Shown here: piece by piece, positions 1 to 12,296 of the stretch
Numbering within the stretch: position 1 is the stretch's first letter
Layout of the letters: each line of letters starts with the position of its first letter
The notes under the pieces: generated by a model
The model's database searches: none
What the model saw: the letters and a program-made list of their open reading frames with translations, nothing else
What the model was told of the DNA's origin: nothing
Assembly: GCA_964016885.1 (NCBI GenBank)
Contig: OZ024761.1
Span: 10,478,001 to 10,542,000, forward strand
Source: Eledone cirrhosa
Lineage: Eukaryota
Direction: 5' to 3'
DNA length: 64,000 nt
Position numbers and translations under genes: made by a program

Positions 1-231
1 GACGATATCGGCTGGGAAGAGAGACCGGGCGGAAAAATCTTCCAGGCGTCCGTTGATGGTGATGTTGCGTACGTGAGGTGGAACATTTTCCAATCTCTCG
101 ATATTGTAGCATGTCAGAGAGAGACTCTCATTGCAGCTGCAACCAATTTGGCAACAGGTGACCTTGACCACAGCTGTAAAGGCCAACAGGAATATTGACT
201 TGTAGACAGAAGAGAAAGCGTGAAGATTCAT
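1..231 (-). CDS. First coding exon (runs off window) of a secreted or membrane leucine-rich-repeat-type protein
   Basis: Open frame from ATG at 231: MNLHAFSSVYKSIFLLAFTAVVKVTCCQIGCSCNESLSLTCYNIERLENVPPHVRNITINGRLEDFSARSLFPADIV. This is a hydrophobic signal peptide followed by a C-x3-C-x-C-x7-C...VP cap like LRRNT. Upstream on the minus strand is an acceptor (tgttctgtttgctatttcAG at 255-254) and a branch-like CTAAT near 284-280. Confidence 0.75.
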   Translation of the reverse strand, partial: MNLHAFSSVYKSIFLLAFTAVVKVTCCQIGCSCNESLSLTCYNIERLENVPPHVRNITINGRLEDFSARSLFPADIV

Positions 232-447
232 TTTTTCACCAAACTGGATCCGACTGAAATAGCAAACAGAACAGACATCATTAGTCAACGACAGGATTGC
301 GATTAGTCACAACTAAAACAGCAAATATTTTAAGGGCCATTTTCCCTACTAAAGCAAATATTAATCTTACACAGTAATGTAAATGTTAAAGGGTTAATTG
401 GTCTCTTATGAAGTTACACCTTATAGAAGGTTTCTTGGGTGTTTTAA

Positions 448-655
448 TCCTTTAACATTTAAACCAGCCATAACCAGCCAGAATTTTCTCACCTCTTTCT
501 GTTCAAACCAGCCATAACTGGATACTCATACTGACATTACGGTATTGTTCTCAAAATAAATAATATCAAAATCTTGTAGATTCAATATTATGTGAGGTAA
601 AGTGATTACCATGAAAATACAATAGTATATATAGAGTAATGTAAATGCTAAAGGG
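448..655. mobile_element. TTAA-flanked (piggyBac/Kolobok-type) MITE
   Basis: TTAA|tcctttaacattt ... aaatgctaaaggg|TTAA. A reverse-oriented copy lies at 59078-59227 and an extra right end at about 381-397. Confidence 0.65.
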
Positions 656-704
656 TTAATGGCAAAAACCCCAAGTCCTATCATGAAAAACAATGTGAGA
701 TAGA

Positions 705-755
705 ACCAACAACCTTGTGATAATGAGTACAACACCCTAACCACAAGGCCACACC
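705..755 (-). mobile_element. tRNA-derived SINE head fragment
   Basis: Minus strand gtggccttgtggttagggtgttgtactc...ggttgttggttc has A-box and partial B-box; similar to the head at 57700. Confidence 0.4.
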
Positions 756-974
756 ACACCACACCATTCCCAAGATCCAGCTGAACATCCTCTCCACAGA
801 TAGCAATTAGTGAAGACAGTTTGTTAGATAAACCAAATCAATCAATACCCTCGACATAAAGTCATCTCATCAATCTATTTGTTTTTCTTTCTTTCATTCC
901 ATTTAAATGTCATTTCCAAACAAAGTTGGCATAATTCTATACAACGGCAGAGTTTGTGGATAAAATGGAAGGGA

Positions 975-1190
975 GGTTGGTGGTGAGAGTGGTAGTCGTG
1001 GTAAGAGTGGTTGGTGGTGGTGGTGGTGGTGGTGAGGGTGAGAGTGGTGGTAGTGGTGAGGGTGGTTGGTAGTGATGGTGGTTGGTAGTGGTGGTGATGG
1101 GGTTGAGGGTGGTTGGTGGTGATGGGGTTGAGGGTGGTTGGTAGTGGTGGTTGGTGGTGGTAGTGGTGTGATGGATGGTGGTGATGGTTT
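975..1190. repeat. (GGT)n-type degenerate trinucleotide repeat
   Basis: Direct reading; similar tracts at 1990-2338, 2937-3100, 49040-49390, 60670-60860 and 61760-62455. Confidence 0.9.
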
Positions 1191-1271
1191 TGCACATGCA
1201 AAACCATTTTGCTGGATTGAGAGATGATGAGTATGAAGATGTGTGTGTGTGTCAACTTTTCTTGTACATTG

Positions 1272-1545
1272 CCTTTCTTTACGCTTAGAGTTGCTGAAGC
1301 ATGGAACAAACTGCCTGCGTCAGTTGTTAGCTGCCGAGACACTGCATCCTTTAAAACCCTCATGCTTCCAGAAATTCGCCAAAACTACACCTGATGTCCC
1401 TCTTCCATACACATGCACACCATGACTCATGCACTGTTCATTTTCCTGATGTTTGTACATTACCCTATGTACTATACATACACTTTTTGATGAGTTGTAG
1501 TGCACCTGAGCACTGTACACAATATTTTCATTATTATTAGTCATT
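1272..1545 (+). mobile_element. 3' end of a CR1/L2-group LINE
   Basis: Encodes FFTLRVAEAWNKLPASVVSCRDTASFK...*, the typical ORF2 C-terminus FF-x2-RV-x3-WN-x-LP, then a 3' UTR and an (ATT)n tail. Confidence 0.7.
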
Positions 1546-1561
1546 ATTATTTAATTCCTTT

Positions 1562-1922
1562 TTCAAATCCCGCCGAGGTTAACTTTGCCTTTCATCCTTA
1601 CGGGGTCGATAAAATAAAGTACCAGTAATGCACTGGGTAGTTGCTGGCCTTGTGCCAAAAGTAGAAACAATTATTATTATTAGTAGTAGTAGTAATAAGG
1701 ACAGTGGATTGGCAGTATCGGTAGAGCGTCAGATGCCATGCTTTGCAGCAGAGTTACGGCCCTTTACGATCTGAGTTCAAATCCCCCCGAGGTTAACTTT
1801 GCCTTTCATCCTTACGGGGTCGATAAAATAAAGTACCAGTAATGCACTGGGGTCGATTTAATCGACTTCCCCTCCCCCAAAATTGCTGGCCTTGTGCCTA
1901 TATAAGAAACCATTGTTATTAG
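1562..1922 (+). mobile_element. Two copies of the abundant tRNA-derived SINE (family S1)
   Basis: A-box TGGCAGTATCGG, B-box GAGTTCAAATCC, body gaggttaactttgcctttcatcc...gtcgataaaataaagtaccagt, end gctggccttgtgcc...agaaac plus (ATT)n. Confidence 0.85.
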
Positions 1923-2597
1923 CAGCAGGGACGTTATTTGTTGCAAATGTTGGCCATTTGGCTTACAGGTGAATATTGCTGCTGTAGTGAGGAGGATGAT
2001 GGTGGTGGTGGTGGTGGTGGTGATGAAGGTGATGGTGATGTAGGTGGTGGTGGTTATGAAGATGGTGGTGGTGGTTATGAAGAAGATGGTGGTGGTGGTG
2101 GTGATGATGAAGATGGTGCTGTTGGTGGGGATGAAGATGGTGGTGGTGATGAAGGTGGTGATGGTGGTGGTTATGAAGAAGATGGTGGTGGTGGTGATGA
2201 TGAAGATGGTGCTGTTGGTGGGGATGAATATGGTGGTGGTGGTGGTTATGAAGAAGATGGTGGTGGTGGTGGGGATGAAGATGGTGGTGGTTATGAAGAA
2301 GATGGTGGTGGTGGTTATGAAGATGGTAGTGGTGGTGACAATTTATTACTAATCACCAAATTAGCAATAATCAGAACCAGAAGCCAGCATTTTCAAAAAA
2401 AAAAAAAAAAAAAACCTTGTTTTGCTGACATTTGTCCAAAGCATAAATCAATACGAAGAAGTGGACGATAATGTCCAAACTATTTTAGGAAACAGACCAA
2501 AAATTTACTCCAAACCAGATGAAAGAGAGAGAAAATTATTTAATAAAAAAATGAAAACAAGAAAGCTGGGAGTAGATATGTTTTTTTGTTTTTTTGT

Positions 2598-2876
2598 CTG
2601 AATATATTATGGCTGTGTGGTTAACCCATTCATTAGCATATTGCTGAATATATTATGGCTGTGTGGTTAACCCATTCATTAGCATATTGCTGAATATATT
2701 ATGGCTGTGTGGTTAACCCATTCATTAGCATATTGCTGAATATATTATGGCTGTGTGGTTAACCCATTCATTAGCATATTGCTGAATATATTATGGCTGT
2801 GTGGTTAACCCATTCATTAGCATATTGCTGAATATATTATGGCTGTGTGGTTAACCCATTCATTAGCATATTGCTA
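2598..2876. repeat. 46-bp tandem repeat, about 6 identical units
   Basis: Unit ctgaatatattatggctgtgtggttaacccattcattagcatattg with no spacers. Confidence 0.95.
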
Positions 2877-3267
2877 ATGAGAAATACTGTCTATGGTTCA
2901 CAAATAATTTGGAAAATAATCAAGACTTTGGACGAACCATCATCACCATCGTCATCACCATCATCACCATCGCCATCATCACCATCGTCATCACCATCAT
3001 CACCATCATCATCATCACTACAATCATCACCATCATCATTACAATCATCATCACCATCATCATCATCATCATCATCACTACAATCATCACCATCATCATA
3101 GACTATGGGCAAGTGGTTAGAATGTCTCAGGAAAGATATAACCCACATTAAGCCAACAATCTTGGTTCCTCTGTGTATAATCAACAAGAAAAATGTAAGA
3201 TAATTGTCGAATTGGTTTTTAGATCTGATTGGTTTCATTAACCTGGGACAATCTACCCATAACGAGA

Positions 3268-3380
3268 ATTCTTTCTAACATTGGCACAAGGCCAGAAAAT
3301 TTGAGGGTTGAAAGGAAATGATGATTATATCGACCCCTTGTACTTGACTGATATTTTATTTTATCAACTCGGCAGAAAGT
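3268..3380 (-). mobile_element. S1 SINE fragment
   Basis: ttggcacaaggccag...atcgacccc...ttttattttatc is the reverse complement of the S1 3' half. Confidence 0.6.
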
Positions 3381-3391
3381 AACTCCAGGTA

Positions 3392-3519
3392 GAGCCACTA
3401 CTTCTCTGAATTGAGAGATCACAGCTCTGATACTGTGGCATGTGGTTAGAATGTCTCAGGAAAGAATCACTGGACAGATTTTACAGGCAAAACCAGCAGG
3501 AAAAATATCCAGGGGTAGA
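3392..3519 (+). mobile_element. RTE-group LINE fragment
   Basis: HVVRMSQERITGQILQAKPAGKISRGR; same family at about 3102-3135 and 58097-58350. Confidence 0.6.
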
Positions 3520-5117
<1,598 letters not shown>

Positions 5118-5122
<5 letters not shown>

Positions 5123-5304
5123 AACCAGTAAGACCCCGACAGCTGAGCTCAAGCCGTTTCGACGGCTAATTCTGAATTAGCCGTCGAAACGGCTTGAGCT
5201 CAGCTGTCGGGGTCTTACTGGTTCCTATTACCCACTCTACTACCTCAAGTATTGAGTACTTTGGTGTGTTATGGTCCACCTGGTTCCTTACCATATTTCC
5301 TTCG

Positions 5305-5306
<2 letters not shown>
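5118..5306 (+). mobile_element. Fold-back PLE-type insert, family A
   Basis: Perfect 111-bp palindrome 5118-5228 centred on 5173, containing the HHR 3' half (gacggc..gccgtc GAAA CGGC TTGAGCTCA GCTG TC GGGG), plus a 78-nt tail, inside (TA)n. Confidence 0.75.
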
Positions 5307-5365
<59 letters not shown>

Positions 5366-5430
5366 CATATATATATATATATATATTAAGAGAGTAAAAC
5401 AAAGAATCCTTTAATACATCAAAAGATTTT

Positions 5431-5476
5431 ATTAGCCGACAATGTTTCGTCCTATTAAGGACTCATCAGGGCAATC
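5431..5476 (-). ncRNA. Type I hammerhead ribozyme (canonical core)
   Basis: gcc CTGATGA GTCC ttaata GGAC GAAA C att G TC ggc, followed by AATAAA and (TA)n at 5385. Confidence 0.85.
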
Positions 5477-6104
5477 AAAACAACAAGAGGTAATTTCGGC
5501 AGATACAAGCCAGAAACTCTGAAGAATATGGAGTTTACATACACTAATGTCTTACAAAGATATACGATAATAAAAATGAAGATAAAAATAATAAAATATA
5601 TAATAACTAAGGATGTAGATAACATTAAGAACCATATTACAAATATAGTCCAAAGTCACCAACTTAAATCTAAACAAATTTGGTTATATAGAGCAGGAAT
5701 TATATACAACACAGTATAATACATTCTAATAATAATATATCTATACCAACATTAAAATTCTAAATTAAAAATCAAAAGGTACAATATATACATGTATATA
5801 TGTGCGCACACACACACACACACATATTACAATACACATATCTATTTTCCATTACACAGAAATTAAGCCCTATTGGAAGTTTGCACATCAAAAATATCAA
5901 AAATAAGCATGGTAATAGTGAAAATAATGCTAATACATCTACCTATATATATATATATATACATACATATATATATATATACATACATTTATATATATAT
6001 ATATACATACATATATATATATATACATACATATATATATATACATACATATATATATATACATACATATATATATATATACATACATATATATATATAC
6101 ATAC

Positions 6105-6135
<31 letters not shown>

Positions 6136-6216
6136 CATACATATGTATATATATATACATACATATGTATATATATATACATACATATGTATATATATAT
6201 ACATACGTATATATAT

Positions 6217-6249
<33 letters not shown>

Positions 6250-6468
6250 CAGTCCACGCTGTAATGTGGCCGTGTAGGCAACACGGTAAAAACCTCCCAG
6301 CCCCACACTGTAAATGTGGTTGGTGTTAGGAAGGGCATCCAGCTGTAGAAAACCCGCCAGATAGTCCTATGCGAGCAAGACAATCACTCTTGCCTCAAGT
6401 GGGAAAACCCCCGTCCAAACGCATGCAAGCGTGGAACACGGGCGTTAAATGTTGATCATGATAATGAT
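6250..6468 (+). mobile_element. 3' part of a SINE with RTE-like tail (MetaSINE-like central domain)
   Basis: cactgtaaatgtggttggtgttaggaagggcatccagctgtagaaaac ... gcatgcaagcgtggaacacgggcgttaaatg plus (ATG)n-like end. Superfamily assignment from memory. Confidence 0.55.
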
Positions 6469-6480
6469 ATATATATATAC

Positions 6481-6660
6481 ATGGTGGCTGCCAATTCGTT
6501 TTCGAGTACGGCCACTACTTTATATCATGTAGGAGAACCCCTACCGATGCGCTGAACAAATGTGACTTTTTAGTCCAGCCAGCGACTTGAAAACTCTGGT
6601 ACAAACACTACACTTGCGACAATTATTGACATAGTGCTGGGCCCATGGTACCATGTGACG
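6481..6660 (-). mobile_element. 3' end of an RTE (BovB-like) LINE
   Basis: C-terminal zinc finger CSVCTRVFKSLAGLKSHICSAHR* and a short 3' UTR, in (TA)n. Confidence 0.6.
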
Positions 6661-6744
6661 ATATATATATACATACATATATATATACATATATATATAT
6701 ATACATATATATATACATATATATATACATATATACATATATAT

Positions 6745-7010
6745 ATGTTAACCTTGGTCTTCCTCTTCTAGTGTGTCCATGTAGGGGCTCCCAAAGGAGC
6801 ACTGAGTGCAATGTCAACTCTGGATGTCGGTGAGCATGTCCAGCTAACCTCAGTCTCCTCTGTGTCACTTTGAGGTTAACGTATTTTGATGCCCTAAGGA
6901 CAGACACTGGTCTGTTGGAGACGCAGGACATGGCAGCGATAATGAGGGACAGAGACCGCTGGAGAGAACTCGTCCATGGATCTCGGGAATTTTACCCACC
7001 TTAGATAGAT
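6745..7010. mobile_element. RTE LINE 3' fragment with 5' inversion
   Basis: Minus 6745-6872 encodes [15 protein letters not shown]...RGRPRLT; plus 6873-7010 continues [11 protein letters not shown]...RDRDRW; aggttaac is shared at the junction; (TAGA) tail. Confidence 0.8.
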
Positions 7011-7027
7011 ACATATATATATATACA

Positions 7028-7174
7028 TTATTTCTGAAGACGGCATATATGTGTGTTTGGTATGTATATTTAATCTTGATAGTTTGTATAATTTTGTATA
7101 ATTTTGTACATAGATCTGTTGAATATGCATGCCAATTCTAACACATATATATCCTAGAAACGATCGTTAAATAA
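7028..7174 (+). ncRNA. Hammerhead ribozyme with about 115-nt helix II in a PLE-type insert (7026-7372)
   Basis: ttattt CTGAAGA ... GAAA CGATCG TT aaataa; helix II pairs atatatgtgt/acacatatat and ttggtatgtatattta/tgaatatgcatgccaa. The base of helix II is mismatched. Confidence 0.7.
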
Positions 7175-7372
7175 TGAACTTTTTTTGTTTAATATAAGGA
7201 ACTGTTTCATTGTTTTATTCATTATTTGTTTAATATTTTATCTTGACTCTGTATACCGTTTATCTTTCACCGAAAGTGATTTTTCATTACATCTCTTCTT
7301 TCCATGATATCCGGAATACATTGAGTTCTTCATACGGATTGGACACTACCGTAAACTCTTGGTAGATTTATC

Positions 7373-7399
7373 TACATATATATACATATATATATATAC

Positions 7400-7448
<49 letters not shown>

Positions 7449-7449
7449 C

Positions 7450-7528
<79 letters not shown>

Positions 7529-7685
7529 CATATATATATATACATATATATATATATACATATATATATATACATATACATATATACATATACATATATA
7601 TACATACATACATATACATATATATATATACATATATATATATACATACATATACATATATATATATACATATACATATATATAC

Positions 7686-7716
<31 letters not shown>

Positions 7717-7717
7717 C

Positions 7718-7748
<31 letters not shown>

Positions 7749-7751
7749 CAT

Positions 7752-7791
<40 letters not shown>

Positions 7792-7848
7792 CATATATAT
7801 ACATATATATATATACATATATATACATATATATACATATATATATAC

Positions 7849-7881
<33 letters not shown>

Positions 7882-7936
7882 CATACATATATATATATAT
7901 ATACATACATACATATATATATATATACATACATAC

Positions 7937-7969
<33 letters not shown>

Positions 7970-7992
7970 CATACATATATATATATATAAAT

Positions 7993-8055
<63 letters not shown>

Positions 8056-8302
8056 CATACATATATATATATATATATATACATACGTATATATATATAT
8101 ATATATACATACATATATATATATATATATATACATACATATATATATATATATACATACATACATATAAATATATATATATATATATATACATACATAC
8201 ATACATATAAATATATATACATACATACATATAAATATATATACATACATACATATAAATATATATACATATATATATATATATATACATATATATATAC
8301 AA

Positions 8303-8335
<33 letters not shown>

Positions 8336-8511
8336 CATATATGTATATATACATACATACATACATATATATAAATATATATACATATATGTATATATAC
8401 ATACATACATATATATATATATACATACATATATATATATATACATACATATATATATACATACATATATATATATATATACATACATATATATATATAT
8501 ACATACATATA

Positions 8512-8552
<41 letters not shown>

Positions 8553-8674
8553 ATATACATACATATATATATATATATACATACATATATATATATATAC
8601 ATACATATATATATATATACATACATATATATATACATACATATATATATATATATACATACATATATATATAT

Positions 8675-8705
<31 letters not shown>

Positions 8706-8868
8706 CATACATATATATATATATATATACATACATATATATATATATATATACATACATATATATATATATATACATACATATATATATATATATATAT
8801 ACATACATATATATACATATATATACATACATATATATACATGCATATATATATATACATATATATAT

Positions 8869-8913
<45 letters not shown>

Positions 8914-8944
8914 CATATATATATATATACATACATATATATAG

Positions 8945-8991
<47 letters not shown>

Positions 8992-9071
8992 CATACATAT
9001 ATATATATATATATACATACATATATATATATATATACATACATATATATATATATATACATACATATATA

Positions 9072-9112
<41 letters not shown>

Positions 9113-9140
9113 ACATATATATATATATACATACATATAT
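7373..9140. repeat. 1.8-kb (TA)n(CA) microsatellite array
   Basis: Direct reading; similar arrays at 5944-6249, 13499-14379 and 22130-23938. Confidence 0.95.
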
Positions 9141-12100
9141 ACTGCACAAACTCCCATTGCTGCCATTAACAAACAAACAAATTAACAACACACCAAAACA
9201 ATTAAAACCATCCACTCTCGCCTCTACATTTTTGCTTAACGCCCAAGGCATCAGCCCTTCCACCAATACTCAAAAATGGAAGATCAAATTCCTGGAGGAC
9301 TGGATTGATGTCCATCCAAACCACATCCCTTTCTTCGTCCTCACTGAAACCCATCTCAGTAACCTCCACTTGGAAGCCGAGGTGAAAGTGAAAAATTTCA
9401 AAGCCATCCGTGCTGATCGCGCTGGCAGAAGAAAGGGCAGAACTGCCATTTATGTCCATAATTCTTTCTCAACAGAAGCTATGAACATATTCACTAATGG
9501 ATACTGTGAGGCAGTCACTGTATTCAGTCAAACCAACAACCTATTAGTAGTTGGGCTCTATAGGCCACCCCAAACGCCTGTACCATGCTTCAAGGAATGC
9601 CTCAACAGCATAAAGTGTTTCATCCAAGAGTGTCACCCTGACAACATCTTAATGATGGGGGACTTCAACCTCCCCGGAGTTGACTGGTCCACAAACACCC
9701 TGCCACCAGGTTCTTCTGCCTCAACCTCTGACAGGGAAGCTGTGGAATCGCTTCTTGACTTCATGGATGATTTCTTCCTATCCCAACTAGTGCTCGAACC
9801 AACGAGGTGCCACAAAAACGTCCTAGACTTAATTTTCAGCAATCACACTGACAATATCCACAATATTGCAGTGGAGAAAACTCTACTCTCTGATCATGAC
9901 ATGGTTCTCTGTGATCTGAGATTCCACCGTCCAATATACAAACCCAATGTCATCTCTCCTGTCCATCCGTTTGACGCTATGGATTTCCACAATGCAAACT
10001 GGGAAGCGATCAGTCATGATCTTGCACATGTCGACTGGTCCTTCACGCACACTCATACACCCACTAACATCAAAAAGTCCTGGCAGACATTTGTGGACAC
10101 TGTTACAAACATATGTGCTAAACACACCCCATTAAGAACTATAAACAAATCTAAGAGCAGAATCCCTAGAAATAGAAAAACGCTCATCAGAAAAATTAAG
10201 AGAACGAACAAAAAAATCAACAAGCTGAAATACTGTCAGCAGCAACACATCAACTTGACTGCCATTTCATCACTAGAGATTAAAAAACATAACCTCCAAA
10301 ACAACATAATGTCCCTCATCAACAATCAGAGAAGAGCTGAAGAGGCCTGGGCCATTGAGAAGATCAAACTCAATCCCAAAGTGTTCTTTTCATTTGCAAA
10401 AAAACACAAAATCACTGGCTCTACTGTTGGCCCTCTAATTGATGAAAATGGCACTCTTCAAGACAATGCTAAAACCATGGGTGAGATACTGCAGAAACAA
10501 TACTGCTCTGTTTTCAGCAATCCTGATATGGCCGATCTGGGCTGTATCGGCGATGTTACTCCCCATTACACCTTATCGGACATAACGTTTGGCGCCCCTG
10601 ATGTCTTGGCGGCAATAAAGGAAATCAAGCATAATTCAGCAGTAGGTCCCGATAGGTTCCCTGCTTGTGTCCTGAAGGCGTGTCAACACCAACTTGCTTC
10701 TCCTCTTGCCAATCTGTGGCGGAACTCACTGGATGCTGGATATGTGCCAGAAAACCTTCTATCCCAGTCTGTTGTCCCAGTTTTCAAAAAGGGAAACAAA
10801 TCCCTTGCCGTGAATTACCGTCCAATCTCACTCACCTCTCATATCATTAAGGTATTTGAGCGAGTGGTGAGATCGCGAATGACCCACTTCCTTGAGAGTA
10901 ACAATATGCTGAACTCCAACCAGCATGGATTCCGTAATGGAAGGGATTGCCTGACGCAACTACTGCATCACTTTGATGACATTTTGAGAGCCTTGGGAGA
11001 GGGTTCCAACACTGATGTTATCTACCTTGATTTCAGCAAGGCCTTTGACAGGGTTGATCATAACATTCTACTGAGAAAGCTGTCCAATATTGGTGTCACT
11101 GGAAAGCTGCTGCAGTGGATCAAGAGCTTCCTGTCAAACAGAACCCAACATGTTGTAGTTGAGGGAGTCAAATCAAGCCCAGCCAAAGTCAGTAGTGGAG
11201 TCCCACAAGGCACTGTGTTGGGCCCACTTCTCTTCATCATCTATATTAATGACATCACTGACATCATCAAACACAGCAACATTAAAATTTTCGCTGATGA
11301 TTCCAAGCTCCAAAAGGTCATCAATGGCGTGGATGACCGGATAAGCCTTCAGTCAGACCTACTGGCTGTTACCCAATGGGCAGAAAAGAATAACATGTTA
11401 CTGAACGAAGACAAATTCGAACTGATCCACTTTGGAAAAGAGGATGCTCTGAAACTCCCGTACTCCCTTCCCTCCGGGGAAACTCTCGTGGCATCTAACA
11501 ACATCAGAGACTTGGGAGTAACCGTGGACAGCAACATAAGCTGGACCACGCATATAAGCAGCAAAGTTGACATGGCCCGCAGAATGTGTTCCTGGATCCT
11601 CAGAACCTTCCAGTCGAGAGATTCCCGCACCATTATCCTTCTCTTCTCTACTTTCGCCCGACCACACCTTGAATACTGTTGTCCACTGTGGTCTCCCCAC
11701 ACGAAACAAAGTATCATGAAACTTGAAGCTCCTCAAAGGGCAATCACGAAAAAGATAGATGGCATGTCAGACCTTGACTACTGGGGTCGATTGGAAAACC
11801 TGAAACTTTACTCACTCCAACGTCGCCGTGAGCGTTATATTATCTGCATGATGTGGAAAATGTTCCATCATCACTGCCCAAATGATGTTGGCATCGCCTT
11901 CAAGATACACCCAAGGCTTGGGCCCCGTGCTATCCGTCCCATTCAAAAATCTAAATCGCAACTCATAACAACAATACGGCACAATTATTTCACCTCAATC
12001 GGCCCTGCTCTCTTCAACATCACACCAGGACACGTCAAAACAGAAACTGACCACACAAAATTCAAGAAGTCTTTGGACAAATTCCTCCAAGTAATCCCGG

Positions 12101-12271
12101 ACAAACCACCCACACCCGGATATGTCTCTGCAAACAGTAATTCTCTTCTCGAATGGGCCATGGTGCCCAAATCCTGAATTGAAAGACTTCGCCAGGTGGT
12201 GCTATTAAGTTAGACATGGCCTGGGCCAATACTGGCCAAAACATTTCAAAGTTATTCAAAGTTCAAAGTTA
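9141..12271 (+). mobile_element. 5'-truncated CR1/L2-group LINE with intact ORF2
   Basis: Uninterrupted APE + RT frame, short 3' UTR ending in (TTCAAAGTTA)-type tandem repeats, (TA)n on both sides. Confidence 0.93.
9142..12177 (+). CDS. LINE ORF2: APE endonuclease plus reverse transcriptase (about 1011 codons, no initiator Met before the EN domain)
   Basis: EN motifs LNAQG, LTETHL, GLYRPP, MGDFNLP, LDLIF, SDH; RT motifs [43 protein letters not shown]. Confidence 0.92.
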   Translation: MHKLPLLPLTNKQINNTPKQLKPSTLASTFLLNAQGISPSTNTQKWKIKFLEDWIDVHPNHIPFFVLTETHLSNLHLEAEVKVKNFKAIRADRAGRRKGRTAIYVHNSFSTEAMNIFTNGYCEAVTVFSQTNNLLVVGLYRPPQTPVPCFKECLNSIKCFIQECHPDNILMMGDFNLPGVDWSTNTLPPGSSASTSDREAVESLLDFMDDFFLSQLVLEPTRCHKNVLDLIFSNHTDNIHNIAVEKTLLSDHDMVLCDLRFHRPIYKPNVISPVHPFDAMDFHNANWEAISHDLAHVDWSFTHTHTPTNIKKSWQTFVDTVTNICAKHTPLRTINKSKSRIPRNRKTLIRKIKRTNKKINKLKYCQQQHINLTAISSLEIKKHNLQNNIMSLINNQRRAEEAWAIEKIKLNPKVFFSFAKKHKITGSTVGPLIDENGTLQDNAKTMGEILQKQYCSVFSNPDMADLGCIGDVTPHYTLSDITFGAPDVLAAIKEIKHNSAVGPDRFPACVLKACQHQLASPLANLWRNSLDAGYVPENLLSQSVVPVFKKGNKSLAVNYRPISLTSHIIKVFERVVRSRMTHFLESNNMLNSNQHGFRNGRDCLTQLLHHFDDILRALGEGSNTDVIYLDFSKAFDRVDHNILLRKLSNIGVTGKLLQWIKSFLSNRTQHVVVEGVKSSPAKVSSGVPQGTVLGPLLFIIYINDITDIIKHSNIKIFADDSKLQKVINGVDDRISLQSDLLAVTQWAEKNNMLLNEDKFELIHFGKEDALKLPYSLPSGETLVASNNIRDLGVTVDSNISWTTHISSKVDMARRMCSWILRTFQSRDSRTIILLFSTFARPHLEYCCPLWSPHTKQSIMKLEAPQRAITKKIDGMSDLDYWGRLENLKLYSLQRRRERYIICMMWKMFHHHCPNDVGIAFKIHPRLGPRAIRPIQKSKSQLITTIRHNYFTSIGPALFNITPGHVKTETDHTKFKKSLDKFLQVIPDKPPTPGYVSANSNSLLEWAMVPKS

Positions 12272-12296
12272 TATATATACATATATATATATACAT

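Noticed and set aside
1706-1790. tRNA genes at A/B-box sites
   Set aside because: No cloverleaf; the boxes run directly into SINE bodies.
1938-2471. Gly/Asp/Glu-rich 177-aa ORF
   Set aside because: Degenerate (GGT/GAT)n tract like others in the window; non-ATG start and no domain evidence.
2598-2876. CRISPR-like appearance of short repeats (also 63574-64000 and unique inserts between TA runs)
   Set aside because: Units are contiguous without unique spacers, there are no cas genes, the context is eukaryotic, and the inserts are retroelement ends.
8341-9141. N-terminal 267 aa of the 1278-aa ORF
   Set aside because: Microsatellite read-through; LINE sequence starts at about 9141.
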